DNA of 64,000 nt, taken from the human T2T-CHM13v2.0 reference genome, Homo sapiens. The stretch lies in the NCBI RefSeq assembly GCF_009914755.1, contig NC_060944.1; one strand, written 5' to 3'. The notes beneath the pieces were generated by a model. The model made no database searches. It saw only the letters and a program-made list of their open reading frames with translations, and was not told where the DNA came from. Every line of letters begins with the position of its first letter. Position 1 is the stretch's first letter. A program made the position numbers and the translations under genes. Shown in pieces: positions 1 to 14,460 of this stretch.

Positions 1-681
1 CAACAGATGCTGGAGAGGATGTTGAGAAATAGGAACACTTTTACACTGTTGGTGGGACTGTAAACTAGTTCAACCCTTGTGGAAGTGAGTGTGGTGATTT
101 CTCAGGGATCTAGAACTAGAAATACCATTTGACCCAGCCATCCCATTAACGGGTATATACCCAAAGGACTATAAATCATGCTGCTGTAACGACACATGCA
201 CATGTATGTTTATTGTGGCTCTATTCACAATAGCAAAGACTTGGAACCAATCCAAATGTCCAACAATTATAGACTGGATTAAGAAAATGTGGCACATATA
301 CACCATGGAATACTATGCAGCCATAAAAAATGATGAGTTCATGTCCTTTGTGGGGACATGGATGAAATTGGAAATCATCATTCTCAGTAAACTATCGCAA
401 GAACAAAAAACCAAACACTGCATAGTCTCACTCATAGGTGGGAATTGCACAATGAGAATACATGGACACAGGAAGGGGAACATCACACTCTGGGGTCTGT
501 TGTGGGGTGGAGGGAGGGGGGAGGGATAGCATTAGGAGATATAACTAATGCTAAATGAGGAGTTAATGGGTGCAGCACACCAGCATGGCAGATGTATATA
601 TATGTAACTAACCTGCACATTGTGCACATGTACCCTAAAACTTAAAGTATAATAATAATAATAAAATAAAAAAAAGAAAAG
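1..681 (+). mobile_element. L1PA (L1PA2-4-like) 3' end: ORF2 C-terminus, 3'UTR, A-rich tail; runs off window start
   Basis: ORF 206-529 is the L1 ORF2 C-terminus ([22 protein letters not shown]); G-rich 3'UTR; A tail at ~650-681. Confidence 0.95.
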
Positions 682-682
682 A

Positions 683-1077
683 AAGAAAATGTGGCACATA
701 TACACCATGGAATACTATGCAGCCATAAAAAATGATGGGTTCATGTCCTTTGTAGGGACATGGATGAAATTGGAAATCATCATTCTCAGTAAACTATGGC
801 AAGGACAAAAAGCCAAACACCGCATAGTCTCACTCATAGGTGGGAATTGAACAATGAGAACACATGGACACAGGAAGGGGAACATCACACTCTGGGGACT
901 GTTGTGGGGTGGGGGGAGGAGAGAGGGTTAGCATTACGAGGTATACCTAATGCTAAATGACGAGTTAATGGGTGCAGCACACCAGCATGGAACATGTATA
1001 CATATGTAACTAACCTGCACATTGTGCACATGTACCGTAAAACTTAAAGTATAATACAATAAAATTAAAAAAAAAAA
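683..1077 (+). mobile_element. Second, heavily 5'-truncated L1PA 3' end in tandem
   Basis: Repeats the L1 3' sequence from AAGAAAATGTGGCAC to its own poly(A); flanked by AAAAAAAGAAAAG at 669-681 and 1071-1083. Confidence 0.93.
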
Positions 1078-3028
1078 GAAAAGGACATATGATGGACATG
1101 GGGTCATTATGCTCAAAGGTTCACATTGCAGGTGAGAGCTTTCTTTTCTAGGCAGAAATTTTCTACCATAGTCAGGTTTACCCTCTAACCCTTGAAGTAT
1201 GCCCTTCCCAAACCTCCCTCCTAGACTCCTAAGCACTGTCATTGCCAATCCTGTTTGTTTGCTTTTTTTTTTTTTTTCATTTCCACCACTGGCCTCTCTT
1301 CTTCAGTCTCCAGCTTCATTTCTGAGTGACATTCTGAGAAGTAGACTTGGGGGAATCCTTTCCATGCCTTTCTCTTTAACTGATCTCAGGCAAAATGTTT
1401 GTCCTGGATGTACAATACTTAAAAGAGTTGATTTAAAATTTCCTGAAAATAAGTTCATCTCAGCTTTTGTGTGAGAAAGGAAGTTCTATGTTGGCTGGTG
1501 ACCATTTCAAAGCTACCCTCAGTCTCACAATTAGTGTGCTTGGCAATGCTATTGGACATTGGAATGCAAATGTTCACATCCCACCTTGAGCTTGCAGGAT
1601 TTTGATGCATTTCCTTTTTGTTGGACAAAATAGTGAGTATTCCCTAAGAATTACTTCCAGTTGCAACCTGAACAAAGAGAAATGCATCTAAATATCCTGC
1701 TCCAAAGCCTTTGAACTTCACCAATGCATAACTCATGGGACACTTATCAGTTTGTATAAATGCTCACAGTATGGTGTTTCTTTGGATGGGAGTGTTTTCA
1801 GACTAAGATAACTTATCACCTCAAGTCAATACTATACAGAGGTTGTACTTGAGAAATTTGTTTTAAATTCATTATCATTAACATGCAAGGCAGCTGCAGG
1901 AAATTATACAACTTGCAAAGCATTTCAAAACATGTTCACATACTGATATCTGGGCTGTTTGATCCAGAAACAAAGGGAAATCATGATCTTTCTGGCTACA
2001 GCCTTACCAACAAAGAGTTTTGCTTTTCTTAATAATCATCTTTAGTCCAAGTTATTTTTTATTCCAGTGACACTGATGCTCGCCAGTGATTTTAGATTGA
2101 TAATAAGAACCATGTTCGTGGGTTGGAAGTACACCGCCAGGATCAGTATAGATTTCATAACTGCATCCCTTCACGTTTGAAATGAGCTGTGAGAATACAA
2201 GTGTCCTGAAAACCAGGATGGAATAACTAAGAAAAAAGAAATCTTCTCATCTATAGAATGGGGTGAAACATAAATGCGTGAAATGCATTGGGACTTCGTT
2301 ATTCCAAACAACAAAAGTTACATGATCTTTGATGTAAAAGAATGACCAGAAACTCTCGTACAGCTCAGCATATTTGGCAATTAAGTCAAAGGACCTTTCT
2401 GGAGGAATGTGTGTTTTGTAAAGTTCAGAACTCAGTCCAATTTCATGGGTTTTGAAGTTTTTTAACCAATCTTAAACTGTGCACGGTGCCAGTTTTGAAT
2501 CTATGTGTTTCAAAAATTCTTGACGAAAGGACAGTTGGTTTCTGGGAAAAGAAACAGCAGAAGATCAGATAAGCAAGACTGGGCCACCGGGACACTGGGC
2601 TTCTGGAGGGCCTGTTTTTCTCTCATTTTTCCTTCTCTGCTTTCTCTCCACGCTCCCCAAATGTGCACCAGATGTATAATTCCAGTGTGCAAGATTTGTT
2701 CTGATTTGGGGTTTTTGCCCATCTTATCTCTACTTTCTAATCAAAAGGCACCTAAAGTAATAGGAATCAGGTTAACTGCCCCATCTTAACGTGCTACTCA
2801 AGGGACACTCAGGAGCTCTGAAAAGCCATGCCTTGGAGCACCTGAAATGCCCTGCACTAATCACTCCTTTGTGTTAAGGACTCTGTAAAATGAATAATAT
2901 CCCAACTGAACATGGTAAAGGAGGGTTATCTGGGTTGGTAAATGCAGAGAGGAGACCTTTCCTACCCATTAAGGTGTAAACTCCACATCCAGAAGCTCTG
3001 AGGGTCTGAGGGAATTGGACAAAGATAA

Positions 3029-3439
<411 letters not shown>

Positions 3440-3937
3440 CAGGTGGGCTGTTTCTAAGACTGATGTGGCTTAACAAGGAATTTTCCCAGACCATCTCTAC
3501 TCTCCACAATTTTCAAACAGGATTATTACTTTGTCTTTCACCTCAGTGCCCATGTGTTTGTGGATCCCTCTAGATACTTGCTTTGCTATTTCTTACATCT
3601 CTAATGTGAAGAATTAATGTCCCAGTTATAAGAACTTTATGTCCTGTACGTAGATGTTCTCTAGTCACACCCCTGACATGTGTGAGGCCTGGGAAGAGGC
3701 CCACATCCCATGGGCACAATATTTAAAAGTTGTAAATCAAGTGGGAAAGTTGTTAAATAAAACAGATTCTATTCTTCTACATTGTCAGATATTCCACCTT
3801 CATCATGATAAAATAGAAAAATATGTGCAAACAGGTTTTTGTGTGACGGAAAATCAGCAAAATATCAAATATGACTGAATTTAATTATTATTGTGCACAT
3901 ACCAGTGATGTTTAGAATATCAAAATGCATTTATTGA

Positions 3938-4307
<370 letters not shown>

Positions 4308-5765
4308 TGATCTTTAGAATATCAAAACATATGAATAATAACACCTGCACAATTCATAAATTATTTTTCCTAAAATTTTCTTGCCTTCATTTCAGCAATA
4401 TCACAAATTCTATTTTTTAAGAGTCCAGATTTTTATATCATTTGTTTTTTATAGAAAATGATGCTAACTTGGTAAACTTGCTCCAGTCACTGTTCTTCAA
4501 CAGGATCCTAAAATTAATTTCGATTTTGAGAGATTTTCCTCTGCTAAGGCCAAGCGAATGAATTTTCAACACAATTCTTTAAGTGAAATTTAGAAGAGAA
4601 ATGAAGGGTGAAATTTGCATGTCATGTTCAAATGTTGTAATTCTGTCACACCTGATATGCTATTATCATAGAAATTATAAAAATATTTTAACTGTATTAT
4701 ATAGATTGTTATGACGCATACAAATTATCACTTCTTTTACAATAATATCAGGATCCATGCAGGGAAGATATATAGTTCCTGGATTCTTCTTTCAAATTTT
4801 TCTGTGCTAGGATATTATCAAGAAAACACAAAATATCATGTCTTGTTTAATTTATTTAAATCTCTCTTCACACAGCACTATAGTATCCATAAAATACTCT
4901 CTGCATTTATTTTGGAATTATTTGTATTTGAATTTTCCCCTTTGTAATAGAAATGATTTGTGTTGTTCTAATTTCTTTTTTTTTCCTGGAAGATTTCTTT
5001 GTTACATAGTTCACATGCACTTTTGATTTTAAAAAACCCCCACATTTTATCTAAAGTTAAAAAATTAATCCTTTATAGAGTAAAATGGCCAAACTCGGAT
5101 CTGTTTCTGAAAGCTATTGTTAACATTAATAGCAACCGTGATTCCTACAAAATAATGTAAATAGTGCAAATTCAAAATTAATTTGATTTTCTTCCAAAGA
5201 GTATGATTCACTATTTATTTGAGCATCTTACATTTCACTTAACTTTTCTGATACATTTTGTATCTTGTCTAAATTAAATCTGGTTTCTTTATCAGCATTC
5301 AGCCAGCATTCCCTGTGTGACCTAGAGAAGTCGTAAAGTCAAAATTGATAGTGTTTCATCAAGATGTTCCATTTTGGGGCAAGCCCAGAAAATGTCATAT
5401 ACAATTTTGAATCATTCCGAAGACTGTCATTGCTATTGGCCCAGCTGAGGCCATGTCTCATAGTAACAAATTCAAAACATGTGCCATGCGGGGCTCAAGG
5501 AATGCTTCTGGTTTTCAGCCAAATTTATGGCCTCACATCTTTTTCTTTACCAACCATGTCAACAGCATTAGCATAGATTTGCCCTGTACGATCTTGTAAA
5601 CTCTTTAAATAAAGCTGACATTTAAAATTTAATTTTATAAAAATGTAGTCAGTTCCTTTGAAGATATTTTTATAAACAGTAAGTAGTCACAATTCTAGCA
5701 TGTAATACAAGGCCCATCTAATAGCATTCTTTTGGATGTACAACTTTAAGGGTCATGTGATTTTT

Positions 5766-6687
5766 AAAAAAAATTGTTATTATTGTACTTTAAGTTTTAG
5801 GGTACATTTGTACAATGTGCAGGTTTGTTACATATGTATACATGTGCCATGTTGGTGTGCTGCACCCATTAATTCGTCATTTAGCATTAGGTATATCTCC
5901 TAATGATATCCCTCCCCTCTCCCCACACCCCACAACAGTCCCCAGTGTGTGATGTTCCCCTTCCTGTGTCCATGTATTCTCATTGTTCAATTCCCACCTA
6001 TGAGTGAGAACATGCGGTGTTTGGTTTTTTGTCCTTGCGATAGTTTGCTGAGAATGATGGTTTCCAGTTTCATCCATGTCCCTACAAAGGACATGAACTC
6101 ATCATTTTTTATGTCTGCATAGTATTCCATGGTGTATATGTGCCACATTTTCTTAATCCAGTCTATCATTGTTGGACATTTGGGTTGGTTCCAAGTCTTT
6201 GCTATTGGGAATAGTGCCGCAATAAACATACGTGTGCATGTGTCTTTATAGCAGCATGATTTATCGTCCTTTGGGTATATACCCAGTAATGGGATGGCTG
6301 GGTCAAATGGTATTTCTAGTTCTAGATCCCTGAGGATTTGCCACACTCACTTGCACAATGGTTGAACTAGTTTACAGTCCCACCAACAGTGTAAAAGTGT
6401 TCCTATTTCTCCACATCCTCTCCAGCACCTGTTGTTTCCTGACTTTTGAATGATTGCCATTCTAACTGGTGTGAGATGGTATCTCATTGTGCTTTTGATT
6501 TGCATTTCTCTGATGGCCAGTGATGATGAGCATTTTTTCATGTGTTTTTTGGCTGCATAAATGTCTTCTTTTGAGAAGTGTCTGTTCACGTCCTTTGCCC
6601 ACTTTTTGGTAGGGTTGTTTGTCCTTTTCTTGTAAATTTGTTTGAGTTCGTTGTAGATTCTTGATATTAGCCCTTTGTCAGATGAGT
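5766..6687 (-). mobile_element. L1PA (L1PA3-5-like), 5'-truncated, ~0.9 kb
   Basis: ORF2 C-terminal peptides (5987-6589); 17-bp TSD AGGGTCATGTGATTTTT at 5749-5765 and 6688-6704. Confidence 0.95.
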
Positions 6688-7254
6688 AGGGTCATGTGAT
6701 TTTTTTTTAATGCTTACAAAATGTTCCTCAGCTGCCACACAACTGTTGTGAAGACTTAACTGTTGTGAAGAGTTAATTCATGCACATCTCTGCAAGCAGT
6801 GCTTGGACCACAAAGAAAGCAAGGAAATGGACACTCACACTGTCTCATTCTATCCGAGGAAGGGTTCCACAGATTAATTGATTGATGTTTTTTCTCTAGT
6901 CAAGTGCTTCTGCTACTCTAATTCTCTTCACTTCTGAGCAGTGTATGTTTCTGACTTTGGCAGTCATAAGATCCAAAAGACTTCATGGCATTTTGGGTCA
7001 GCCTCCTTTTGTTTCAAGTACTTAGGGCAAGAGACGCTAGATCTCTGATTGTACTATCTGGGTCCAATCTGATTGCCAGAATTGTTCTGCCTGGGTCAGC
7101 TGGCTAGACTGATGGCCCATGAGTTTCCCTGCTGATTTACAAATTTAGTCCAAAATGTAACTTTCTCAGAAAGAGGTCCTCAGTTTATTCCTATAGACCA
7201 TGTGTTGAAATCTTGTGATAATGTGTGTGTGTATGTTTACTTTTCCTTGTTGTA

Positions 7255-7318
7255 TTTACAGGGAATTGTGCTTGATACATACTAGGTACTTCATAAATAC
7301 TTGTTGAATGGATAATAA
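7255..7318 (+). mobile_element. L2 3' end fragment
   Basis: GTGCTTGATACATACTAGGTACTTCATAAATACTTGTTGAATG resembles the L2 tail. Confidence 0.55.
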
Positions 7319-8101
7319 TAATTTTAGTAAGAATGTCTACTTCCAGATATTTTTTTGTAGGAGTGTTTGGCAGCCGACATCAGAATGTATTGGCTGAACG
7401 GCATAGAAAAAATGTTTTGATAAAACAAGTGATAATGGAAGATAAATATATTTTATTTATAGAATGATGATTTAATGGTAAATTATAGACCTGTATCCCC
7501 TAAGCAGTGTCTTCTATTTGATTGCAAATAGCATAGGTGAAAATGCCTGCCACTGTAATTACTGTTGATTATGATGTGCACAGCCATGGATTCATATTTA
7601 AGTTCTCTCAACTTTCCTCTTTCATACTGCAACATTAGACTATGTCCATGAATTTTAGCTGCCATTCATGGATGTAATGATGAAGGGCAGTGAGAGACTG
7701 TTATAAGCCCGAGAGAAATGAAACACAATGACTAGGAGGGGGGAAAAGAGAATGAGCAGAATCCTATAATAGATGCTGGAGCAAGACTGTTGACTTGGCT
7801 AAGATAAGGATGTCCTATGGTGTCTGGGTTGGATGCTACAGAACTCCTAGAAAACAAAATGTTAAGAAAAAAAGCATTTGGATGAGAGTGACCTTTGTCA
7901 CTGCTCATGAAAGCTGTGTATATCAGACAGTCTTGCTTAAGACCTTGCCAAAAGGATGTGCTAAAAGAAACTTGTGTTTCTGTTTCAAAGGTGCTTGAGT
8001 AGCAGCAGCAATAGCAAAAACAGCAGCAACAACAAAAATTAATAGAGCTTGGATAGAACTTTGCCAAGGGTGTTGACTTTTTTCTTTTTATGTCTGCTGT
8101 C

Positions 8102-11100
8102 AATTTTTTTAAATTTTTTATTTTCACAATTTTTGGGGAACAGGTGGCGTTTGGTTACATGAGTAAGCTCTTTAGCAGTGATTTGTGAGATTTTGGTGCA
8201 CCCAGCACCCGAGAAGTATACACTGAACACAATTTGTAGTCTTTTATCACTCAGCACCCCCTACCCTTTCCCAAAAGTCTATCGTATAATTCTTATGCCT
8301 TTGCATCCTCATAGCTTAGCTCCCACTTATGAGTGAGAACATATGATGTTTGGTTTTCCATTCCTGAGTTACTTCACTTATATGAAACCATCCCTGCATC
8401 CCTAGTATGAAACCCACTTGATTATGGTGGATTATCTTTTTGATAGGCTATTGGATTTTGTTAGCTAGTATTTTGTGAAGGATATTTGCATCTATGTTCA
8501 TCAGGGATATTGGTTTGAAGTTTTCTTTTTTTGTTATGTCCTTTCCTGGTTTTGGTATTAGGGTGACACTGACTTCATAGAATGATTTAGGGAGGATTCC
8601 CTCTTTCTCTATCTTGTGGAATAGTGTCAATAGGATTGGTTCCAATTCTTCTTTGAATGCCTGATAGAATTCAGCTGTGAAGCAGTCTGGTTCTGGACAT
8701 TTTTGTTGGTAATTTTTTTATTACTATTTCAGTCTCGCTGCTAGTTATTTGTGGGTTCAGGGCTTCTAATTCTTTCTGATTTAAGCTAGGAGGGTTCTGT
8801 ATTCTTAAGAATTTATCTATCTCTTCTAGGTTTTCTAGTTTATGCATGTAAAGTTGTTCATAGCGATCTTGAATGATCTTTTATATTTCTATGGTATCAG
8901 TTTTAATATTTCCCATTTCATTTCTGTTTGACCTTATTTGGATCTTCTCTATTCTTTTCTTGGTTAATCTCACTAATGGTCTATCAATTTTATTTACCTT
9001 TTCAAAGAACCAGCTTTTTGTTTCATTTATCTTTTGTATTTTTTTGTTTCAATTTTAGTTCTGATCTGATCCTGGTTATTTATTTTCTTCTGCTGGGTTT
9101 GATTTGTCCTTGTTTCTCTAGTCCCTTGAGGTGTGACCTTAGATTGTCTATTTGTGCTCTTTCAGACTTTTTGATGTAGGTGTTTAAGGCTATGAACTAT
9201 ACCTTTAGCACCACCTTTGCTGTATCCCAGAGGTTTTGACAGGTTGTGTCATTATTATTGTTCAGTTCAAAGAATTTTAAAATGTCCATCCTGATTTCAT
9301 TGTTGACCCAGTGATCACTCAGGAGCAGGTTATTTAATTACCATGTATTTGTATGGTTTTGAGGGTTCCTTTGGAAGTTAATTTTCAATTTTATTCCACT
9401 GTGGTCTGAGAGAGTATTTGATATAATTTCAATATTCTTAAATTTATTGAGACTTGTTTTGTGGCCTATCATATGGTCTATCTTGGAGAAAGTTCCATAT
9501 ACTGATGAATAGAATGTATATTCTACAGTTGTTGGGTAGGATGTTCTGTATATATCTGTGAAGACCATTTGCTCTAGGGTATAGTTTAAATCCATTGTTT
9601 CTTGGTTGACTTTTTGTCTTGATGACCTGTCTAGTGCTGTCAGTGGAGTATGGAAGTCCCCCACTGTTGTTGCATTTCTGTCTATCTCATTTCTTAGGCC
9701 TATTAGTAATTGTTTTATAAATTTGCAAGTTCCAGTGTTAGGTGCATATAAGTTTAGGATTGTGATATTTTCCTGTTGGACAAGGCTTTTTATGAATATA
9801 TAATGTTCCTCTTTGTCTTTTTTAACTGCTGTTGCTTTAAAGTTTGTTTTGTCTGATGTACTCCTGCTTACTTTTGGTGTCCATTTGCATGAATGTCTTT
9901 TTTCAACCCTTTACCTTAAGTTTATGTGAGTCCTTATGTGTTAGGTGAGTCTCTTGAAGGCAGTAGATACTTGGTTGGTAAATTCTTATTCATTCTGCCA
10001 TTCTGTATCTTTTAGGTGAAGCATTTAGGCCATTTGCATTCAATGTTAGTATTGAGATGTGAGGTACTATTCCATTCATTGAGCTATTTGTTGCCCAAAT
10101 ACCTTGGGTTATTTATTTATTGTATTTTTGTTTTATAGGTCTTGTGTGATTTACGCTTTAAAGAGGTTCTGTTTTGATGTGTTTCCAGGATTTGTTTCAA
10201 GATTTAGAGCTCCTTTTAGCAGTTCTTGTAGTGCTGGTTTGGTAGTGGTGAATTCTCTCTGCATTTGTTTGTCTGAAAAAGACTGTGTCTTTCCTTTATT
10301 TATAAAGCTTAGTTTCGCTGGATATGAAATTCTTGGCTAATAATTGTCTTGTTTAAGGAGGCTGAAGATAGGGCCCCAATCCTTTTCAGCTTGTAGGGTT
10401 TCTGCTGAGAAATCTGCTATTAGCTTGATATATTTTCTTTTATAGGTTACCTGGTGCTTTTGTCTCACAGCTCTAAAGATTCTTTTCTTTGCCTTGACTT
10501 TAGATAACTTGATGACTATATGCCTAGGCAATGATTATTTTGTGATGAATTTCCAAGTTGTTTATTGAGCTTCTTATATTTGGATGTCTAGACATCTAGC
10601 AAGAACAGGGAAGATTTCCTTGCTTATTTCCCCAAATATGTTTTCCAAACTTTTGGATTTCTCTTCTTTCTCAGGAATGCCAATTATTATTGTTTGGTTA
10701 TTTAACATAACCCCAAACTTCTTGGAGCATTTGTTCATTTTTTTAAAATTATTTTTTGTTTGTCTTTGTTGGATTGGGTTATTTTGAAAACCTTGTCTTT
10801 GAGCTCTGAAGTTCTTTCTGCTGCTTGTTCATTTCTATTGTTGAGACTTTCCAGTACATTTTACATTTCTATAAATGTGTTCTTTATTTCCTTAAGTTGT
10901 GATTGTTTTTTATTTATGCTATCTATTTCACTGAAGATTTTTCCCCTCATATCTTAAAAAAATTTCTTAAGTTGAACTTCGCCTGTCTCTGGTGCCTGCC
11001 TGATTTGCTTAATAATTGATTTTTTGAATTCTTCTTCTGGCAATTCAGGAATTTCTTCTTGGTTTGGATCCATTGTTGGTGAGATAGTGTGATTTTTTGG

Positions 11101-12567
11101 GGATGTTAAAGAACTTTGTTTTGTCAAATTACCATAATTGTTTCCTGGTTCCTTCTTGTTTGGGTAGACTATGTGGGCGGGAAGATCTGGGGCTCAAGGC
11201 TGCTGTTCAGATTCTTTTGTTCCACGGAATGCTGCCTTGATGTAGCACGAGCCCCTTTTACTAGAGATGTGGCTTCCTGAGAACTGACTACAGTGATTGT
11301 TTTTTCTCTTCTGGATCTAGCCACCCCACATGGCTACCAGGCTTTGGACTGGTACTGGGGGTGTCTGCACAGAGTCCTGTGATGTGGACCGTCTTCAGGT
11401 CTCAGCCATGAATTCCAGCACCTGCTCCAGTGGAGGAGGCAGGGGAGTGAAATGGACTCTGTAAGGGTCCTAAGTTGTAGTTGTTTAATGCACTAGCTTT
11501 GTGCTGGTTGGTCTCCTGCCAGGAGATGACACTTTCAAGAGAGCATCAGCTGTGGCAGTATAGGGAAGATCAGGCAGTGGGCAGGGCCCTAGAATTCTCA
11601 AGAGAATATGACCTTTGTCTTCAGCTACCAGAGGCGGGTAGGAAAGGACCATCAGGTTGGTGTAGGGTTAGGTGAGTCTGAGCTGAGACTCTCCATGGGT
11701 GGGGCTTGCTGTGGCTGCTGTGGGGAATGGAGTTGTGGTTCCTAGGTCAATGGAGTTATGTTACCAGGAGGATATGGCTGCCTCTTCTCTGTCATGCAGG
11801 TTGTCAGGGAAGTGGGGGAAAGCTAGCAGTTACAGACCTCACCCAGCTCCCATGCAACCAAAAAGGCCAGTCTCACTCCCACTGTGCGCCTGCCAACAGC
11901 ACCAAGTTTATTTCCAGGCAGTGGGTAAGCAGTGCTGAGAACTTGCCCCGGGCTACCAGCCTCCCAGCTGAGAGAGCAGGCAAGGCTTTTGCGCTTCCCT
12001 GCCTGTTGAGTCTGCCCACAAGATTCACGCCATCCACTGAGTTCTGGTCAGGAAGCTTCATGTTTGGTTGGAATTATTACCAAGTTTGTCTAGAGGTTTC
12101 CTTCTCCCTGTGGTCTTTTCCAAGTTCCCCTGGTAGCCCTCCCCAAGGACGCCTATGAGACAAGTCAGAAATGGCTTCCCTGGGGACCCAGAAATCCCAC
12201 GGGGCTTTTCCTGCTGCTTCCTCTACCCTGTATTTTGCTCAGCTCTCTAAATTGTCTCAGCTCCAGGTAAGGTCAAATCCTTCGCCTGTGATCTGGCCTT
12301 TCAGGTTTCCCAGTGAGGGTGTGTGTTTGGGGGTGGACAATCTCCCTTTCCCACTTTCACAGTTTGGGAACTCACAGTATTTGGGCTGTCTCTCAGGTCC
12401 TGCAGAAGTAATCTGCTTTCTTCAAAGGGTTTGTGGATTTTCTTGGCTTTCCTGGTATATTCCTGCAGTAGTTCTTGGAGCAAAACTTCATGATGTGAGT
12501 CTCCACACTCTGCTCTGCAATTTAGGGAGCTGCAATTTAGTCCTGCCTCCTATCCACCATATTTTCC
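8102..12567 (-). mobile_element. L1PB (L1PB1-like) with 5'UTR, ORF1, 5' half of ORF2 and 3'UTR; ~2 kb internal deletion
   Basis: L1PB 3'UTR at 8105-8380 is fused to mid-ORF2; ORF2 peptides at 8448-8645 and 9338-9664; ORF1 peptide at 10337-10531; TSD TCTGCTGTC at 8093-8101 and 12568-12576. Confidence 0.88.
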
Positions 12568-13014
12568 TCTGCTGTCCAAGAATGTGAATTTTACCACTTT
12601 CAATGCCCCATCAATTTTGTCTGACTAGTGTTTGACTGATAGCTGCATAAATTTCATCCTGTCTCCACGACACCAACAGAAAAATGGTGGTGAAAACTGC
12701 AGAGTAGACAAAAACAAAAACAAAACAAAAAACTATTATAAAGCCATTAAATCATCTTTAAAGCTTGCAGTAGTTTTACTCCTGTAGATTTTTCTAATAC
12801 CAAAAAGACTACATGCTTATTTCTTTGTTGGGTTGTTGCTTTGACACTTCTGGTAGCTTATTAGGTGGGGATGGAAGATAGTCAAAGGTCAAGACCACAG
12901 TGTTGACACTCATGAAGGCTGGTGAGCAATGCTCTGTGGCTGGGTCAGTCAAATAGTGCAGCAAACAGAGAAAACCAGGTTAACCCTGGGGCCATGATAC
13001 CAGAGGTCCATCAG

Positions 13015-13600
13015 TGAAATTTTTAAATAGAATTTTTAAAGGAAAAGTGCACAAATCACTAGTTTACAGCTCAATGCATTTTCACAAGTCGAATAGTCGA
13101 ATACTCTTGCATAACCCGCACCTAAATTAAGAGACAGAATCTCATCAGCCCCCAGAAGCACCATCACCTCTGCCGTCTTCCAGACAGAGCCCTCCAAATA
13201 GTAACCACTATCTTGACTTCTAATATGTGGATTAGCTTTGCTATTTATACAGTATATATCCTTCGTATAAGGCTCTTGTTACGCAACAGGTTGTGAATTT
13301 CATCCACTTTGTTGTAGGTAGTTGGAGTTCATTCATGCTCATAGCCGTATAGTATTCAATTTTATTACTATAGCACAATATCTTTATTTATTTTACTATT
13401 GATCAACTTTTGGGTATTTTCTAGTTTGCAGTCATTTCAAATAATCCTGAAATAAGTCCTCTTATGTTTTTTTTTTTTGTTGGAACATACATATTTTGTT
13501 CTGCTGAGATATAGGGTACGTGTATGTTTTGCTTTAACTAATACTGACAAATAGTTTAGTTTTTCAAAATGTTTTGGATCCATTTTTACTCCCACATTTG
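13015..13600 (-). mobile_element. Old L1M (L1ME-like) 3' fragment
   Basis: AAAAGTGCACAAATCA..CAGCTCAATGCATTTTCACAAGT and GTAACCACTATCTTGACTTCTAA are typical L1M 3'UTR antisense. Confidence 0.7.
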
Positions 13601-14239
13601 GCAAATAATTTATTCATGAACAATGCAAATGAAAATTTTTTCTCAGTTGAGCTGTTGTGAAATTATTACACAAAACATTTTGAAGGTTATCAATTGTAAT
13701 GTGAGAGCCAAAACCACGTGTGTGCAGGCCCATCTTTCTGGTTGGGGATTATACTATTTGATATAAATCACCTCAAGAAATAGCCGTAGATGAGAGAAAT
13801 AAACATTTTAATTGTTCTTATAATGAATGATAAGTGAAGGGAACTATAACCTCAATTGCAAATGTTAACATTTACAAGATGACCTGTTTATAAATGTAGC
13901 TCTGCCTTATACATGTGCTCACATCCATTTTGAAGTATCCAACCAGAGCGCTGATAGATTAGTAGTTTTGTGAGCTCTAGCTGACAATCCCTGAGCAAAT
14001 CTGGTGAATTTATCAGCAGCCTTGCAGGACAGAAAGAAGGAAAAAAGATAACAGATGACTGTGCTAAACAGACGTAATACATACCAAGGGTGGTAGTCTC
14101 TTGGGCAGACATCTTTGTGATTACTTACCATGTCCACTTCCATCACAAAGTTCTGTCATCCAGATATAGTTGGAAACAACCTCCTCTGTGGCTATAGAGT
14201 AGCTGTACTTCTCTTGTGTATAATTAAGTGGTGGTTGAT

Positions 14240-14460
14240 AACAGTAACATTACATTTATTGGGTGCTTACCAGGTACCTGGCTTGTGCTAAGTGCCTTAC
14301 CTATGTGTGCTTAGGAACTAGCATTATCCTCATTGTGCAGCGAAGCAAGTAGTGGGCTAATAGTGAAGTTCAGCAAATTTTCTGAAGATCCTGCAGCCAT
14401 TTAAAAGAAAGATGAGACCAGAAACGAGGCCAGTGTAACTCCATTGTTCAAGTTTTACGG
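14240..14460 (-). mobile_element. MIR
   Basis: ACATTTATTGGGTGCTTAC...TGTGCTAAGTGC; degenerate core. Confidence 0.65.

Noticed and set aside
2040-2220. Possible minus-strand coding exon after TTGTATTCTCACAG
   Set aside because: Short frame ending in a stop, no recognisable protein, no convincing donor.
6741-6774. 17-bp tandem duplication AACTGTTGTGAAGA(C/G)TT
   Set aside because: Ordinary slippage duplication with no further structure.
7998-8038. CAG/CAA-like run (polyQ or Cys-rich ORF 7732-8127)
   Set aside because: Short impure low-complexity tract with no exon context.
8370-8395. Spliced L1 (SpIRE) junction
   Set aside because: The deleted segment does not appear to start with GT and end with AG in L1 sense, judged from recalled consensus.
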